Source: Perkinsela sp. CCAP 1560/9
Taxonomy: Eukaryota > Protista > Euglenozoa: Kinetoplastea
Direction: 5' to 3'
DNA length: 64,000 nucleotides
NCBI GenBank assembly: GCA_965644495.1
Contig: CBFFSA010000009.1
Coordinates: 186,001 to 250,000 of the forward strand
Of this stretch, positions 46,735-59,890 are shown piece after piece. Numbering within the stretch: the stretch's first letter is position 1; each line of letters begins with the position of its first letter. The notes below the pieces were generated by a model. The model was not told the DNA's origin and ran no database searches. It saw only the letters and a program-made list of their open reading frames with translations. The position numbers and the translations under genes are program-made.

Positions 46735-47018
46735 GGAAGGCCCTCGCGAAGGGCAATCCAGGTTCCTTATTGTTCTCGAAGTGGGATCGACGTTTGACTA
46801 ATAAACTATAAATGATGCAACCCACCACTTTAATTGGAATAACACTCGAACATGGACTATGCGTTCATTGCGGCATGGGAAGGCCACTGAGCTTCGAGTC
46901 CGTGGTATTCCTATTTCAGAGAGGCAATTATTGGGACGATGGCGGTCTCACTCGTCAGAACAATCGAATGTCACAGCCTACCAGCGCCAACCACGGGAGT
47001 CCAACTCCCCGTAAATAG
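46735..47018 (+). pseudogene. Tyrosine recombinase C-terminal fragment
   Basis: PGSLLF...TMRSLRHGKATEL..G......LGRWRS...AYQR; copy at 53263-53546. Confidence 0.7.
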
Positions 47019-47156
47019 CCAGCATGTGACATCCAATCATTGGCAATGTCACATTGTCACATAGGCAATGTCACCGCCGACTTGCCACAACCCAAGGGAG
47101 GCCAATTCCCCATAACTAACCTGCATGTGACATACAATGTTACTGCCTACCAGCGG

Positions 47157-47235
47157 CTTTACGACGTTTAGTCGACGGTTCCTGAATATCCGAACATGTG
47201 AGCCGCACGATCGTTTGTAGCGTTAAGTGTAGCAT
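47157..47235 (-). pseudogene. 5' fragment of a subfamily A LRR gene
   Basis: MLHLTLQTIVRLTCSDIQEPSTKRRK. Confidence 0.85.
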
Positions 47236-47294
47236 GTAAAGTTAGAATGTATATTATTGTTTTTTAAAAAATAAAAAATAATTCTATGAATGTA

Positions 47295-48440
47295 CTGTAC
47301 CCCGTAGTTTTCAGTCACTACGTTTCGTGGAAAAGAGACATAAACTTTAATAGGGCTACGCGTGCCCGCCCCCCCTTTGATAGGGCTATTTTGTCTAAAA
47401 GGCCAAAGATTTGTTTAGGGGGGGGCATTTTTTTTATGAAATCCGCCGATGAAAGAAGCAGCGGCGTTTTTCCGGTGCATAGCTATCCGAGTGTAAAATA
47501 GTGTATAAAAAAGCTGCAAGACCTTGTTTAGGAACTATAGAAAACTTCTCCTGAAAATTATTGTCCTATGAATTTTCGGGAGGATCTGGTGCCGCGTGGA
47601 CCGTTAAGCAACTGGATCATTTCGCGAACTCCAGTGGCTCGTGTATCACATGTGGTCGGACCTTTTGTTTCCGGACAAGAACCTGGTATCTCTCTTCCCC
47701 AAAATTCTCTTTTAAGCACGTCCCTCTCTCCCTCCCTTTGTTCCTCCATCATTATACCGCAGAAAACACTTGTCGGTGCAAGACAAGTTGTACGTGTGTC
47801 GTTCTTCGTCTTCCGTATCAAAACTTGCGAAGTCATAATATTGCCGAGGAGACCATACGGAAAATAAAGCGAGTCGGAGAAAAAGATTATCAATCAAGAA
47901 TGAATCGTGGAGGTCGCGACCGGAAGCGTGAGTGAGCCTTCAATAGCTCGCGACAAGATTTTATGGTAAAGTTTCATGAAACCCTTCTCGGTCTGTGGAA
48001 TGGTCATATCCCTATCACTCGAAATAGGGTGCTCCAGTTGATGAGTCGTTACGTGTTTTGATGGACTTGACGAACGTTTGGAAAAACTCAAGCTATCACG
48101 CCGGCAGATATTGATCAACGAATAAGACGATGGTCGCATCATCTGTACTCGCAGCACGATGTTCGTCAGTACAGCTATGTTATTTTCGGAGATAAAACTA
48201 GCGTTAGCGTCGACGGCGAACTGAAGGGGAAATATTTAGCGCCAGTGGGCGTGATTTCAGTCAAAGTCGTTCGGACGAATGAAAAGCAAACACTGACTAT
48301 TTTTCTTGCCGCCTTATTTTCCGTCAAGGATAAGGGGATGTATCCTCGTCTAATCCTACAGAAATTCAATTCCTGAAAATTGATTCCTGAAAATTCGAGT
48401 TACTGAATTTAATGCACTTTAAATAGTTTTTTTTAGGTAT
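47295..48440 (+). mobile_element. pogo-like DNA transposon remnant
   Basis: Paralog of 27160-28470. Confidence 0.65.
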
Positions 48441-48862
48441 TTGTTTTGTGATTTTATACTTTCGCTTTATTCGTGCGCGTTATAAATTCGTGTGCGTTAT
48501 CTATTTTGAGAACGACGACGACGACCTACAAATTGTTCTTGTGTGTATTATGATGACCTACAAGTTGTTCTATTCATCACTCTCAGAACGTCATCCATCC
48601 GCTTTGATCACAAGATCTTTGCAAACTGATTGCGGGAGACACTCAGTTTGACCACGGTTTTCGGCACGGTCCCGAAATCTAGCATCACGAAAAAGTATTC
48701 GGGTCCAGTTTTTCCAGATGACCAGGCAATAGTTCTAACGGAACGTTGCCTGAGAAACTACTACGTTCTAGATTCAAGGAAAGAAGCGTGGAAAGTAAAT
48801 CCTTTTTTTTTCCAACTTACTACGCTTAAAGCTTCACACATATTTCCATTATTTTCACGTCC

Positions 48863-50985
48863 TCACGTGCGCAACGAAGGACGCAAGTTCTCTGCGGGCA
48901 TCCGACTTACCAGCATGCGCGCTTGGGCTCGCATTAGAGTCACATTCATTTCCGTGAGGAGGCGTTGGAAGGCCTTTCCTCTCGAAAGAGTGCCCTGCGA
49001 AGCGGCTGAGCGACGCTCGGCGACCTCACGGAGAATGGCCTGCGCGCTGTCGGACCACGATCCGAAGGATTCCACTGCCATAGCGGTGAATCTGTACCCT
49101 TGGGATTCAGCCTCGAGGCGCTCCGTTTGTGCTCCGTAGCGTACCGCTCGGCAAAGGATCCCGCTTTCCACACGTTAGCACCTCGGACTCAGTCCGTATA
49201 ATATACCTGTGTGTTCTATGAACACTTCTTTTTTTAATTGAACACATAGAACGCATTGAACACTTTCTGGGGAGGTACACATCCCACGAACATGTTGATT
49301 ATTTTTCATAAACCTTCTTTGTTTTGCGCATATCCAAGTGATTACACATGCCCGAGCATACATATACCCGAGCATACATATACCCGAGCATACATATACC
49401 ATATGTATGTGGGTTACTGAACGTGGGTAACGCAGAAGTCCAATACCAAGCCGGTAGCTAGGCCAAAGTTCGGGAGGAATACGTCTCCTGGTCGGGTGGG
49501 GCAACCGCCAGGGCCGTAGGCTAACCTCTCGTTGTGGGGCGAAGTGCGCCTTGGTACACACGTCGTAGAAGTGGTCGACCAGGGCGTTGTGCCGAGAAAG
49601 TAGACCGTAGCCACTTTTGCAAGCTAGGGCGTGCCTGCCATCTGGTTCGGCCTAGCGGTTGGCTACACTTGTCCACAGGGCAAGGGCGGGGGGCATTGTG
49701 GACGTCTGCCCCGAGCCACCAACGGGCCAGGGCGCGGAACGCCGTAGGGATAAGGGCGTACCCCAGCTCTTTGGATGGGAGAGCAAAGGCCCAGTTTGCG
49801 ACCCCATCCCCACTTTGAGAAGAAGCCATCTTTTTTAGTTGGTGTTTTCTTTAGTTGGTCTTTAGGTGGTGTTGGATTTGCCGGGGGGACTCAGGATCCT
49901 CTGGTAAGACGTACCCTGTATGGACGTTGATGAGGGGTCTTCCGGATAGTTCGTTTACGTGGGTCATTGCCTCCCGGAATCCTTCTGCATCCAGTGCATC
50001 CCATCCGTCTTGGCTGGCTGCGAAGGAGACTGAGGAAGCGTACCCCGCTGAGTAGAAAAGAGAAGAGGAAGTCCAAAACCGCCATATTTTTTTCTGCGCT
50101 GAGCGCTGAGCGCACCCGGAAGGATCGAGTGAGCAAAGTGCGTCCTCTAAAGCTTGTAGCACCGCGGTGTCGAGACGCAAACATAGATCTAATAGGCGTT
50201 TAGGGGCTGTGGTGCGGAGGGAGAAGACGAGCTGACAAAAGCCAGAGCACTGGCGGATGAGGGTTAACGCCACTTGGGGATCGACGATTTTCTTTATAGC
50301 GCTAAGTGTGGAGAATGCTGGGGCCAAGGCGTGTTCGCGAAGGTAATCACTACAGTATTGCGCGGATCCCACCGGGCTGCCTAGGATGCTGAAATTGCCA
50401 TCGAAGAGAATTCTTTGTTATGGGATCTCAGGGAATAAAGTCACGAGGTGTGCGGACGGGGGGTGTAGGGTCACTTCACACTTCTGAGTGTTAAGAAGGA
50501 GTCCGAGCTGTCGACCTTCCCGCTCAATGACTTCGAGGGCTTGCTTGACGAGCGCCGCCTTGCCGGCAAGTACCCCGTCGTCAAGGTACCAGACATGGAG
50601 GAAAAGTTCTTCAGGAAACTCAGCGTTAATAAATAAAAAAAATAAATAAAAATTTGCGCGAGATGATGGATTACCAGGGAGAAAAGGAGCGGTCCCAAGG
50701 GATCGCCTTGTTGAACGCCTTCTGCGGAGTGCAGAATGTGTTGCCCAAAGGTGACGTAGCTGTCCGTTTCGTAACACCATTCTACCCATTTAGAGAGGGG
50801 GTTAGGAAAGTGCTTCTGAGTCAAGGAGGGAAAGGCGGATCTTGAGACGTCATTAAACGCGTTTGAGAGATCAATTTTGCACAGGACGAAATCTGGGTCG
50901 TCAGCATGCTTGGTCACCGTCTGACGACAGAGATGAATCATGCGTTCGGCGCCAGCGGCGGTGGCGACACCATACTCTCCCTCTC
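48863..50985 (-). mobile_element. CRE-clade retrotransposon, 5'-truncated (RT, Cys-knuckle, RLE), frameshifted
   Basis: QQGDP, YLDDG, CPVDKC, RPGDV, AVESFGSW. Confidence 0.9.
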
Positions 50986-53684
50986 ATTAATTTTTATAAA
51001 TTATAAATTATAACAAAAAATGAGATATACCGTGGAAACATTAATTAAGAATTACACTAATTAAGGGAAAATGGTTTTCAAAAAAACTTATTCCCTTAAT
51101 TAGTGTTCCCTTATTTTATGTAGAAGGAGGTCAAGGAGGCCTTCAGAAACCTCCTAATCCACTACGGGTTTAATCCAAAGGTTCTCATCCAAACTATGGA
51201 TCTACCAACACGCCGTCCTATCCAAATTGCGCTTTCATTCGTTGTTCATGCCAGCCTTACTCATTCATTGAGAGGCTACAAAAGAGAACCACCCACCATA
51301 TCAAGAAGTGGATGAACTTTGCCTCTGCCACCAGTATTGAAACCTTATACAGGGGGGATCGCCAATATCAGGACACCTCCTGTTTTTGTCCTTGGGTCCG
51401 TTTCACCTGAGTTTTGTTGCAAAGGAGAGTTCTCGACGCGAATATGGTCCATACTTTTCGGCATTAGGATGTACTTTAATAATTATTAATAATTCTTTAA
51501 TAATAATTACTGTCCCCCCCGTTTAAGCGCACCTCGTTTTCCGTGAAAAGTGCGCTTAAACGGGGGGGGTCTGACCGTGTGCGCTTAAGGGGAGGGAGGA
51601 CAGTATTATTAGAAGGAAAAATTATTAATAATTTTACAGGTATGGGTGTGACAGATAGTTACGGGGGTCAAAATGCGACAGATATCTAGCGGGGTCCATC
51701 GCCAAAAAAAGCAAGGGAACGAAAAGTTACAGAAACTTTTTCTTTATTGCCTAGGAAGGTTCCTTTGCACCCCAATGGGGTACTACCGTACAACCCCCCA
51801 GTAAGAGTGGGTTTTGACCAAATCTCTCTTACTGGGGGGTTATGCTTTTTAGGCCAGTTTTCTTTTTTCTCCAAACTTTTTTGACAACCTTTTTTTTAGA
51901 GTTTTTCTCTTTTTCGAATAGTTCTGTCTAAAAGAAATTGTCATTCTGTCATTGATTTCATTTCATCTACTTTTTTTAAGTTATGACAACGGACATTCGC
52001 ATACAACTTGCGTTAGAAAGCGTTGTCCAAGACTCCAGCCCAACTATATTTGATTTTCGTATGCTTCATATAAAATATTGACTCTTTGTTTTTGATTGTG
52101 CGTTTTCTTCTCTGTGCTTCAACCTCATTTGATTGCCCAGAATAAGGGCTAAATCTCTCTTACTGGGGGCCAGCCCAAAAAGAGCCAAATCTCTCTTCCT
52201 GGGGGGTATACGGTATAAGCTGAAGACATGCGTCTACGGGGTAAAAAGAATACCAGAGAGTGAAGCGGATGATGAAGGAGATGATGGGGATAATGAGGGG
52301 AATGATAAAGGGGATGGAGGGTATGACGAAGGGAACGATGATGGGGATGATGAAGGGGACGCTGGTGGAGACGTTGAAGCTAACGAGCTCCGAATCCTGC
52401 TTTCCAATTTCTTCCGTAGAACTCTACGATCCCAACATTACATACTCCCATCATATCCCATCATTGTTCATAATCCCATCATTGTTTACCAATAAAAAAC
52501 ACGAGCTTTCTTTGATTGAAATTCATAGTCAAGGTCCCGCTTCATCACAAAACGTTTTTCAAAATGTATGAAGTACCGTACTATCCGTACTAGGGAGATG
52601 TATGGGTATACTAAATTTTGTCTAAAAAGCAAAAAATAATTTATAATTATATTTAATTTATCAGTAGTTGCTAGAAAAATGTTGCCTTGACCTTAAAATG
52701 CGATTTCTTGCCGTGTGATGGCTAGAAAATGGATCTGTCGCTTCTAAAAAAGGGATGTCTCCCGCTCCTGTTGCTGGGAGGGGGGGGTAGGTATACTAAG
52801 TGGGCACGGGTATACTATCCTGGAACATAGTTTAGTATTAAACAAGTTTAGATAGTAGATTTTTTTACAAATTCTTTTGATTACGATTTCTCTTTCCATC
52901 ACCTTTCCACCGTACGGTCGAACTGATACGTGGCTCCGGGCTTTGGGCCGGTATAGCAGGCTTAAAGGAGACCGAGGTTACCGAAAGGAAGTGGATGTTG
53001 TCACGGGGGGTATTACAGTCCATGCTGTGCATTCATCGTCAGTTAGCCCCTAGGACACACTTCATTTGCCTCGGCCTGCTATTCTCGTGAATATGAAAGT
53101 CCCGATCCAGCCACTAGTTGTTTTTCCAACGGCGGCCACTGCGCCTCCCCCCCACTAAGAAACGCGGAAAACCGGAATCATGGGATGATCATGGCGATAA
53201 TGAAGGGTAAAATGAAGGGGATGGCGAAGGCGATAGTGATAGTACGGTATACAGTGGTTAATGGAAGGCCCTCGCGAAGGGCAATCCAGGTTCCTTATTG
53301 TTCTCGAAGTGGGATCGACGTTTGACTAATAAACTATAAATGATGCAACCCACCACTTTAATTGGAATAACACTCGAACATGGACTATGCGTTCATTGCG
53401 GCATGGGAAGGCCACTGAGCTTCGAGTCCGTGGTATTCCTATTTCAGAGAGGCAATTATTGGGACGATGGCGGTCTCACTCGTCAGAACAATCGAATGTC
53501 ACAGCCTACCAGCGCCAACCACGGGAGTCCAACTCCCCGTAAATAGCCAGCATGTGACATCCAATCATTGGCAATGTCACATTGTCACATAGGCAATGTC
53601 ACCGCCGACTTGCCACAACCCAAGGGAGGCCAATTCCCCATAACTAACCTGCATGTGACATACAATGTTACTGCCTACCAGCGG

Positions 53685-53763
53685 CTTTACGACGTTTAGT
53701 CGACGGTTCCTGAAAATCCGAACATGTGAGCCGCACGATCGTTTGTAGCGTTAAGTGTAGCAT
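53685..53763 (-). pseudogene. 5' fragment of a subfamily A LRR gene
   Basis: Copy of 47157-47235. Confidence 0.85.
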
Positions 53764-53822
53764 GTAAAGTTAGAATGTATATTATTGTTTTTTAAAAAAT
53801 AAAAAATAATTCTATGAATGTA

Positions 53823-54970
53823 CTGTACCCCGTAGTTTTCAGTCACTACGTTTCGTGGAAAAGAGACATAAACTTTAATAGGGCTACGCGTGCCCGCCCC
53901 CCCTTTGATAGGGCTATTTTGTCTAAAAGGCCAAAGATTTGTTTAGGGGGGGGGCATTTTTTTTATGAAATCCGCCGATGAAAGAAGCAGCGGCGTTTTT
54001 CCGGTGCATAGCTATCCGAGTGTAAAATAGTGTATAAAAAAGCTGCAAGACCTTGTTTAGGAACTATAGAAAACTTCTCCTGAAAATTATTGTCCTATGA
54101 ATTTTCGGGAGGATCTGGTGCCGCGTGGACCGTTAAGCAACTGGATCATTTCGCGAACTCCAGTGGCTCGTGTATCACATGTGGTCGGACCTTTTGTTTC
54201 CGGACAAGAACCTGGTATCTCTCTTCCCCAAAATTCTCTTTTAAGCACGTCCCTCTCTCCCTCCCTTTGTTCCTCCATCATTATACCGCAGAAAACACTT
54301 GTCGGTGCAAGACAAGTTGTACGTGTGTCGTTCTTCGTCTTCCGTATCAAAACTTGCGAAGTCATAATATTGCCGAGGAGACCATACGGAAAATAAAGCG
54401 AGTCGGAGAAAAAGATTATCAATCAAGAATGAATCGTGGAGGTCGCGACCGGAAGCGTGAGTGAGCCTTCAATAGCTCGCGACAAGATTTTATGGTAAAG
54501 TTTCATGAAACCCTTCTCGGTCTGTGGAATGGTCATATCCCTATCACTCGAAATAGGGTGCTCCAGTTGATGAGTCGTTACGTGTTTTGATGGACTTGAC
54601 GAACGTTTGGAAAAACTCAAGCTATCACGCCGGCAGATATTGATCAACGAATAAGACGATGGTCGCATCATCTGTACTCGCAGCACGATGTTCGTCAGTA
54701 CAGCTATGTTATTTTCGGAGATAAAACTAGCGTTAGCGTCGACGGCGAACTGAAGGGGAAATATTTAGCGCCAGTGGGCGTGATTTCAGTCAAAGTCGTT
54801 CGGACGAATGAAAAGCAAACACTGACTATTTTTCTTGCCGCCTTATTTTCCGTCAAGGATAAGGGGATGTATCCTCGTCTAATCCTACAGAAATTCAATT
54901 CCTGAAAATTGATTCCTGAAAATTCGAGTTACTGAATTTAATGCACTTTAAATAGTCTTTTTTAGGTATT
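53823..54970 (+). mobile_element. pogo-like DNA transposon remnant
   Basis: Copy of 47295-48440. Confidence 0.65.
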
Positions 54971-55391
54971 TGTTTTGTGATTTTATACTTTCGCTTTATT
55001 CGTGCGCGTTATAAATTCGTGTGCGTTATCTATTTTGAGAACGACGACGACGACCTACAAATTGTTCTTGTGTGTATTATGATGACCTACAAGTTGTTCT
55101 ATTCATCACTCTCAGAACGTCATCCATCCGCTTTGATCACAAGATCTTTGCAAACTGATTGCGGGAGACACTCAGTTTGACCACGGTTTTCGGCACGGTC
55201 CCGAAATCTAGCATCACGAAAAAGTATTCGGGTCCAGTTTTTCCAGATGACCAGGCAATAGTTCTAACGGAACGTTGCCTGAGAAACTACTACGTTCTAG
55301 ATTCAAGGAAAGAAGCGTGGAAAGTAAATCCTTTTTTTTTCCAACTTACTACGCTTAAAGCTTCACACATATTTCCATTATTTTCACGTCC

Positions 55392-57514
55392 TCACGTGCG
55401 CAACGAAGGACGCAAGTTCTCTGCGGGCATCCGACTTACCAGCATGCGCGCTTGGGCTCGCATTAGAGTCACATTCATTTCCGTGAGGAGGCGTTGGAAG
55501 GCCTTTCCTCTCGAAAGAGTGCCCTGCGAAGCGGCTGAGCGACGCTCGGCGACCTCACGGAGAATGGCCTGCGCGCTGTCGGACCACGATCCGAAGGATT
55601 CCACTGCCATAGCGGTGAATCTGTACCCTTGGGATTCAGCCTCGAGGCGCTCCGTTTGTGCTCCGTAGCGTACCGCTCGGCAAAGGATCCCGCTTTCCAC
55701 ACGTTAGCACCTCGGACTCAGTCCGTATAATATACCTGTGTGTTCTATGAACACTTCTTTTTTTAATTGAACACATAGAACGCATTGAACACTTTCTGGG
55801 GAGGTACACATCCCACGAACATGTTGATTATTTTTCATAAACCTTCTTTGTTTTGCGCATATCCAAGTGATTACACATGCCCGAGCATACATATACCCGA
55901 GCATACATATACCCGAGCATACATATACCATATGTATGTGGGTTACTGAACGTGGGTAACGCAGAAGTCCAATACCAAGCCGGTAGCTAGGCCAAAGTTC
56001 GGGAGGAATACGTCTCCTGGTCGGGTGGGGCAACCGCCAGGGCCGTAGGCTAACCTCTCGTTGTGGGGCGAAGTGCGCCTTGGTACACACGTCGTAGAAG
56101 TGGTCGACCAGGGCGTTGTGCCGAGAAAGTAGACCGTAGCCACTTTTGCAAGCTAGGGCGTGCCTGCCATCTGGTTCGGCCTAGCGGTTGGCTACACTTG
56201 TCCACAGGGCAAGGGCGGGGGGCATTGTGGACGTCTGCCCCGAGCCACCAACGGGCCAGGGCGCGGAACGCCGTAGGGATAAGGGCGTACCCCAGCTCTT
56301 TGGATGGGAGAGCAAAGGCCCAGTTTGCGACCCCATCCCCACTTTGAGAAGAAGCCATCTTTTTTAGTTGGTGTTTTCTTTAGTTGGTCTTTAGGTGGTG
56401 TTGGATTTGCCGGGGGGACTCAGGATCCTCTGGTAAGACGTACCCTGTATGGACGTTGATGAGGGGTCTTCCGGATAGTTCGTTTACGTGGGTCATTGCC
56501 TCCCGGAATCCTTCTGCATCCAGTGCATCCCATCCGTCTTGGCTGGCTGCGAAGGAGACTGAGGAAGCGTACCCCGCTGAGTAGAAAAGAGAAGAGGAAG
56601 TCCAAAACCGCCATATTTTTTTCTGCGCTGAGCGCTGAGCGCACCCGGAAGGATCGAGTGAGCAAAGTGCGTCCTCTAAAGCTTGTAGCACCGCGGTGTC
56701 GAGACGCAAACATAGATCTAATAGGCGTTTAGGGTCTGTGGTGCGGAGGGAGAAGACGAGCTGACAAAAGCCAGAGCACTGGCGGATGAGGGTTAACGCC
56801 ACTTGGGGATCGACGATTTTCTTTATAGCGCTAAGTGTGGAGAATGCTGGGGCCAAGGCGTGTTCGCGAAGGTAATCACTACAGTATTGCGCGGATCCCA
56901 CCGGGCTGCCTAGGATGCTGAAATTGCCATCGAAGAGAATTCTTTGTTATGGGATCTCAGGGAATAAAGTCACGAGGTGTGCGGACGGGGGGTGTAGGGT
57001 CACTTCACACTTCTGAGTGTTAAGAAGGAGTCCGAGCTGTCGACCTTCCCGCTCAATGACTTCGAGGGCTTGCTTGACGAGCGCCGCCTTGCCGGCAAGT
57101 ACCCCGTCGTCAAGGTACCAGACATGGAGGAAAAGTTCTTCAGGAAACTCAGCGTTAATAAATAAAAAAAATAAATAAAAATTTGCGCGAGATGATGGAT
57201 TACCAGGGAGAAAAGGAGCGGTCCCAAGGGATCGCCTTGTTGAACGCCTTCTGCGGAGTGCAGAATGTGTTGCCCAAAGGTGACGTAGCTGTCCGTTTCG
57301 TAACACCATTCTACCCATTTAGAGAGGGGGTTAGGAAAGTGCTTCTGAGTCAAGGAGGGAAAGGCGGATCTTGAGACGTCATTAAACGCGTTTGAGAGAT
57401 CAATTTTGCACAGGACGAAATCTGGGTCGTCAGCATGCTTGGTCACCGTCTGACGACAGAGATGAATCATGCGTTCGGCGCCAGCGGCGGTGGCGACACC
57501 ATACTCTCCCTCTC
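55392..57514 (-). mobile_element. CRE-clade retrotransposon, 5'-truncated
   Basis: Copy of 48863-50985. Confidence 0.9.
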
Positions 57515-59890
57515 ATTAATTTTTATAAATTATAAATTATAACAAAAAATGAGATATACCGTGGAAACATTAATTAAGAATTACACTAATTAAGGGAAAA
57601 TGGTTTTCAAAAAAACTTATTCCCTTAATTAGTGTTCCCTTATTTTATGTAGAAGGAGGTCAAGGAGGCCTTCAGAAACCTCCTAATCCACTACGGGTTT
57701 AATCCAAAGGTTCTCATCCAAACTATGGATCTACCAACACGCCGTCCTATCCAAATTGCGCTTTCATTCGTTGTTCATGCCAGCCTTACTCATTCATTGA
57801 GAGGCTACAAAAGAGAACCACCCACCATATCAAGAAGTGGATGAACTTTGCCTCTGCCACCAGTATTGAAACCTTATACAGGGGGGATCGCCAATATCAG
57901 GACACCTCCTGTTTTTGTCCTTGGGTCCGTTTCACCTGAGTTTTGTTGCAAAGGAGAGTTCTCGACGCGAATATGGTCCATACTTTTCGGCATTAGGATG
58001 TACTTTAATAATTATTAATAATTCTTTAATAATAATTACTGTCCCCCCCGTTTAAGCGCACCTCGTTTTCCGTGAAAAGTGCGCTTAAACGGGGGGGGGG
58101 TCTGACCGTGTGCGCTTAAGGGGAGGGAGGACAGTATTATTAGAAGGAAAAATTATTAATAATTTTACAGGTATGGGTGTGACAGATAGTTACGGGGGTC
58201 AAAATGCGACAGATATCTAGCGGGGTCCATCGCCAAAAAAAGCAAGGGAACGAAAAGTTACAGAAACTTTTTCTTTATTGCCTAGGAAGGTTCCTTTGCA
58301 CCCCAATGGGGTACTACCGTACAACCCCCCAGTAAGAGTGGGTTTTGACCAAATCTCTCTTACTGGGGGGTTATGCTTTTTAGGCCAGTTTTCTTTTTTC
58401 TCCAAACTTTTTTGACAACCTTTTTTTTAGAGTTTTTCTCTTTTTCGAATAGTTCTGTCTAAAAGAAATTGTCATTCTGTCATTGATTTCATTTCATCTA
58501 CTTTTTTTAAGTTATGACAACGGACATTCGCATACAACTTGCGTTAGAAAGCGTTGTCCAAGACTCCAGCCCAACTATATTTGATTTTCGTATGCTTCAT
58601 ATAAAATATTGACTCTTTGTTTTTGATTGTGCGTTTTCTTCTCTGTGCTTCAACCTCATTTGATTGCCCAGAATAAGGGCTAAATCTCTCTTACTGGGGG
58701 CCAGCCCAAAAAGAGCCAAATCTCTCTTCCTGGGGGGTATACGGTATAAGCTGAAGACATGCGTCTACGGGGTAAAAAGAATACCAGAGAGTGAAGCGGA
58801 TGATGAAGGAGATGATGGGGATAATGAGGGGAATGATAAAGGGGATGGAGGGTATGACGAAGGGAACGATGATGGGGATGATGAAGGGGACGCTGGTGGA
58901 GACGTTGAAGCTAACGAGCTCCGAATCCTGCTTTCCAATTTCTTCCGTAGAACTCTACGATCCCAACATTACATACTCCCATCATATCCCATCATTGTTC
59001 ATAATCCCATCATTGTTTACCAATAAAAAACACGAGCTTTCTTTGATTGAAATTCATAGTCAAGGTCCCGCTTCATCACAAAACGTTTTTCAAAATGTAT
59101 GAAGTACCGTACTATCCGTACTAGGGAGATGTATGGGTATACTAAATTTTGTCTAAAAAGCAAAAAATAATTTATAATTATATTTAATTTATCAGTAGTT
59201 GCTAGAAAAATGTTGCCTTGACCTTAAAATGCGATTTCTTGCCGTGTGATGGCTAGAAAATGGATCTGTCGCTTCTAAAAAAGGGATGTCTCCCGCTCCT
59301 GTTGCTGGGAGGGGGGGGTAGGTATACTAAGTGGGCACGGGTATACTATCCTGGAACATAGTTTAGTATTAAACAAGTTTAGATAGTAGATTTTTTTACA
59401 AATTCTTTTGATTACGATTTCTCTTTCCATCACCTTTCCACCGTACGGTCGAACTGATACGTGGCTCCGGGCTTTGGGCCGGTATAGCAGGCTTAAAGGA
59501 GACCGAGGTTACCGAAAGGAAGTGGATGTTGTCACGGGGGGTATTACAGTCCATGCTGTGCATTCATCGTCAGTTAGCCCCTAGGACACACTTCATTTGC
59601 CTCGGCCTGCTATTCTCGTGAATATGAAAGTCCCGATCCAGCCACTAGTTGTTTTTCCAACGGCGGCCACTGCGCCTCCCCCCCACTAAGAAACGCGGAA
59701 AACCGGAATCATGGGATGATCATGGCGATAATGAAGGGTAAAATGAAGGGGATGGCGAAGGCGATAGTGATAGTACGGTATACAGTGGTTAATGGAAGGC
59801 CCTCGCGAATGGCAATCCAGGTTCCTTATTGTTCTCGAAGTGGGATCGACGTTTGACTAATAAACTATAAATGATGCAACTATAAATGAT

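Larger units (their letters stand above)
43126..59880. repeat. Tandem array of a ~6.53-kb unit (about 2.6 copies; starts near 43126, 49636, 56165)
   Basis: Identical ORF sets recur at offsets of 6510-6531 bp. Confidence 0.95.
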
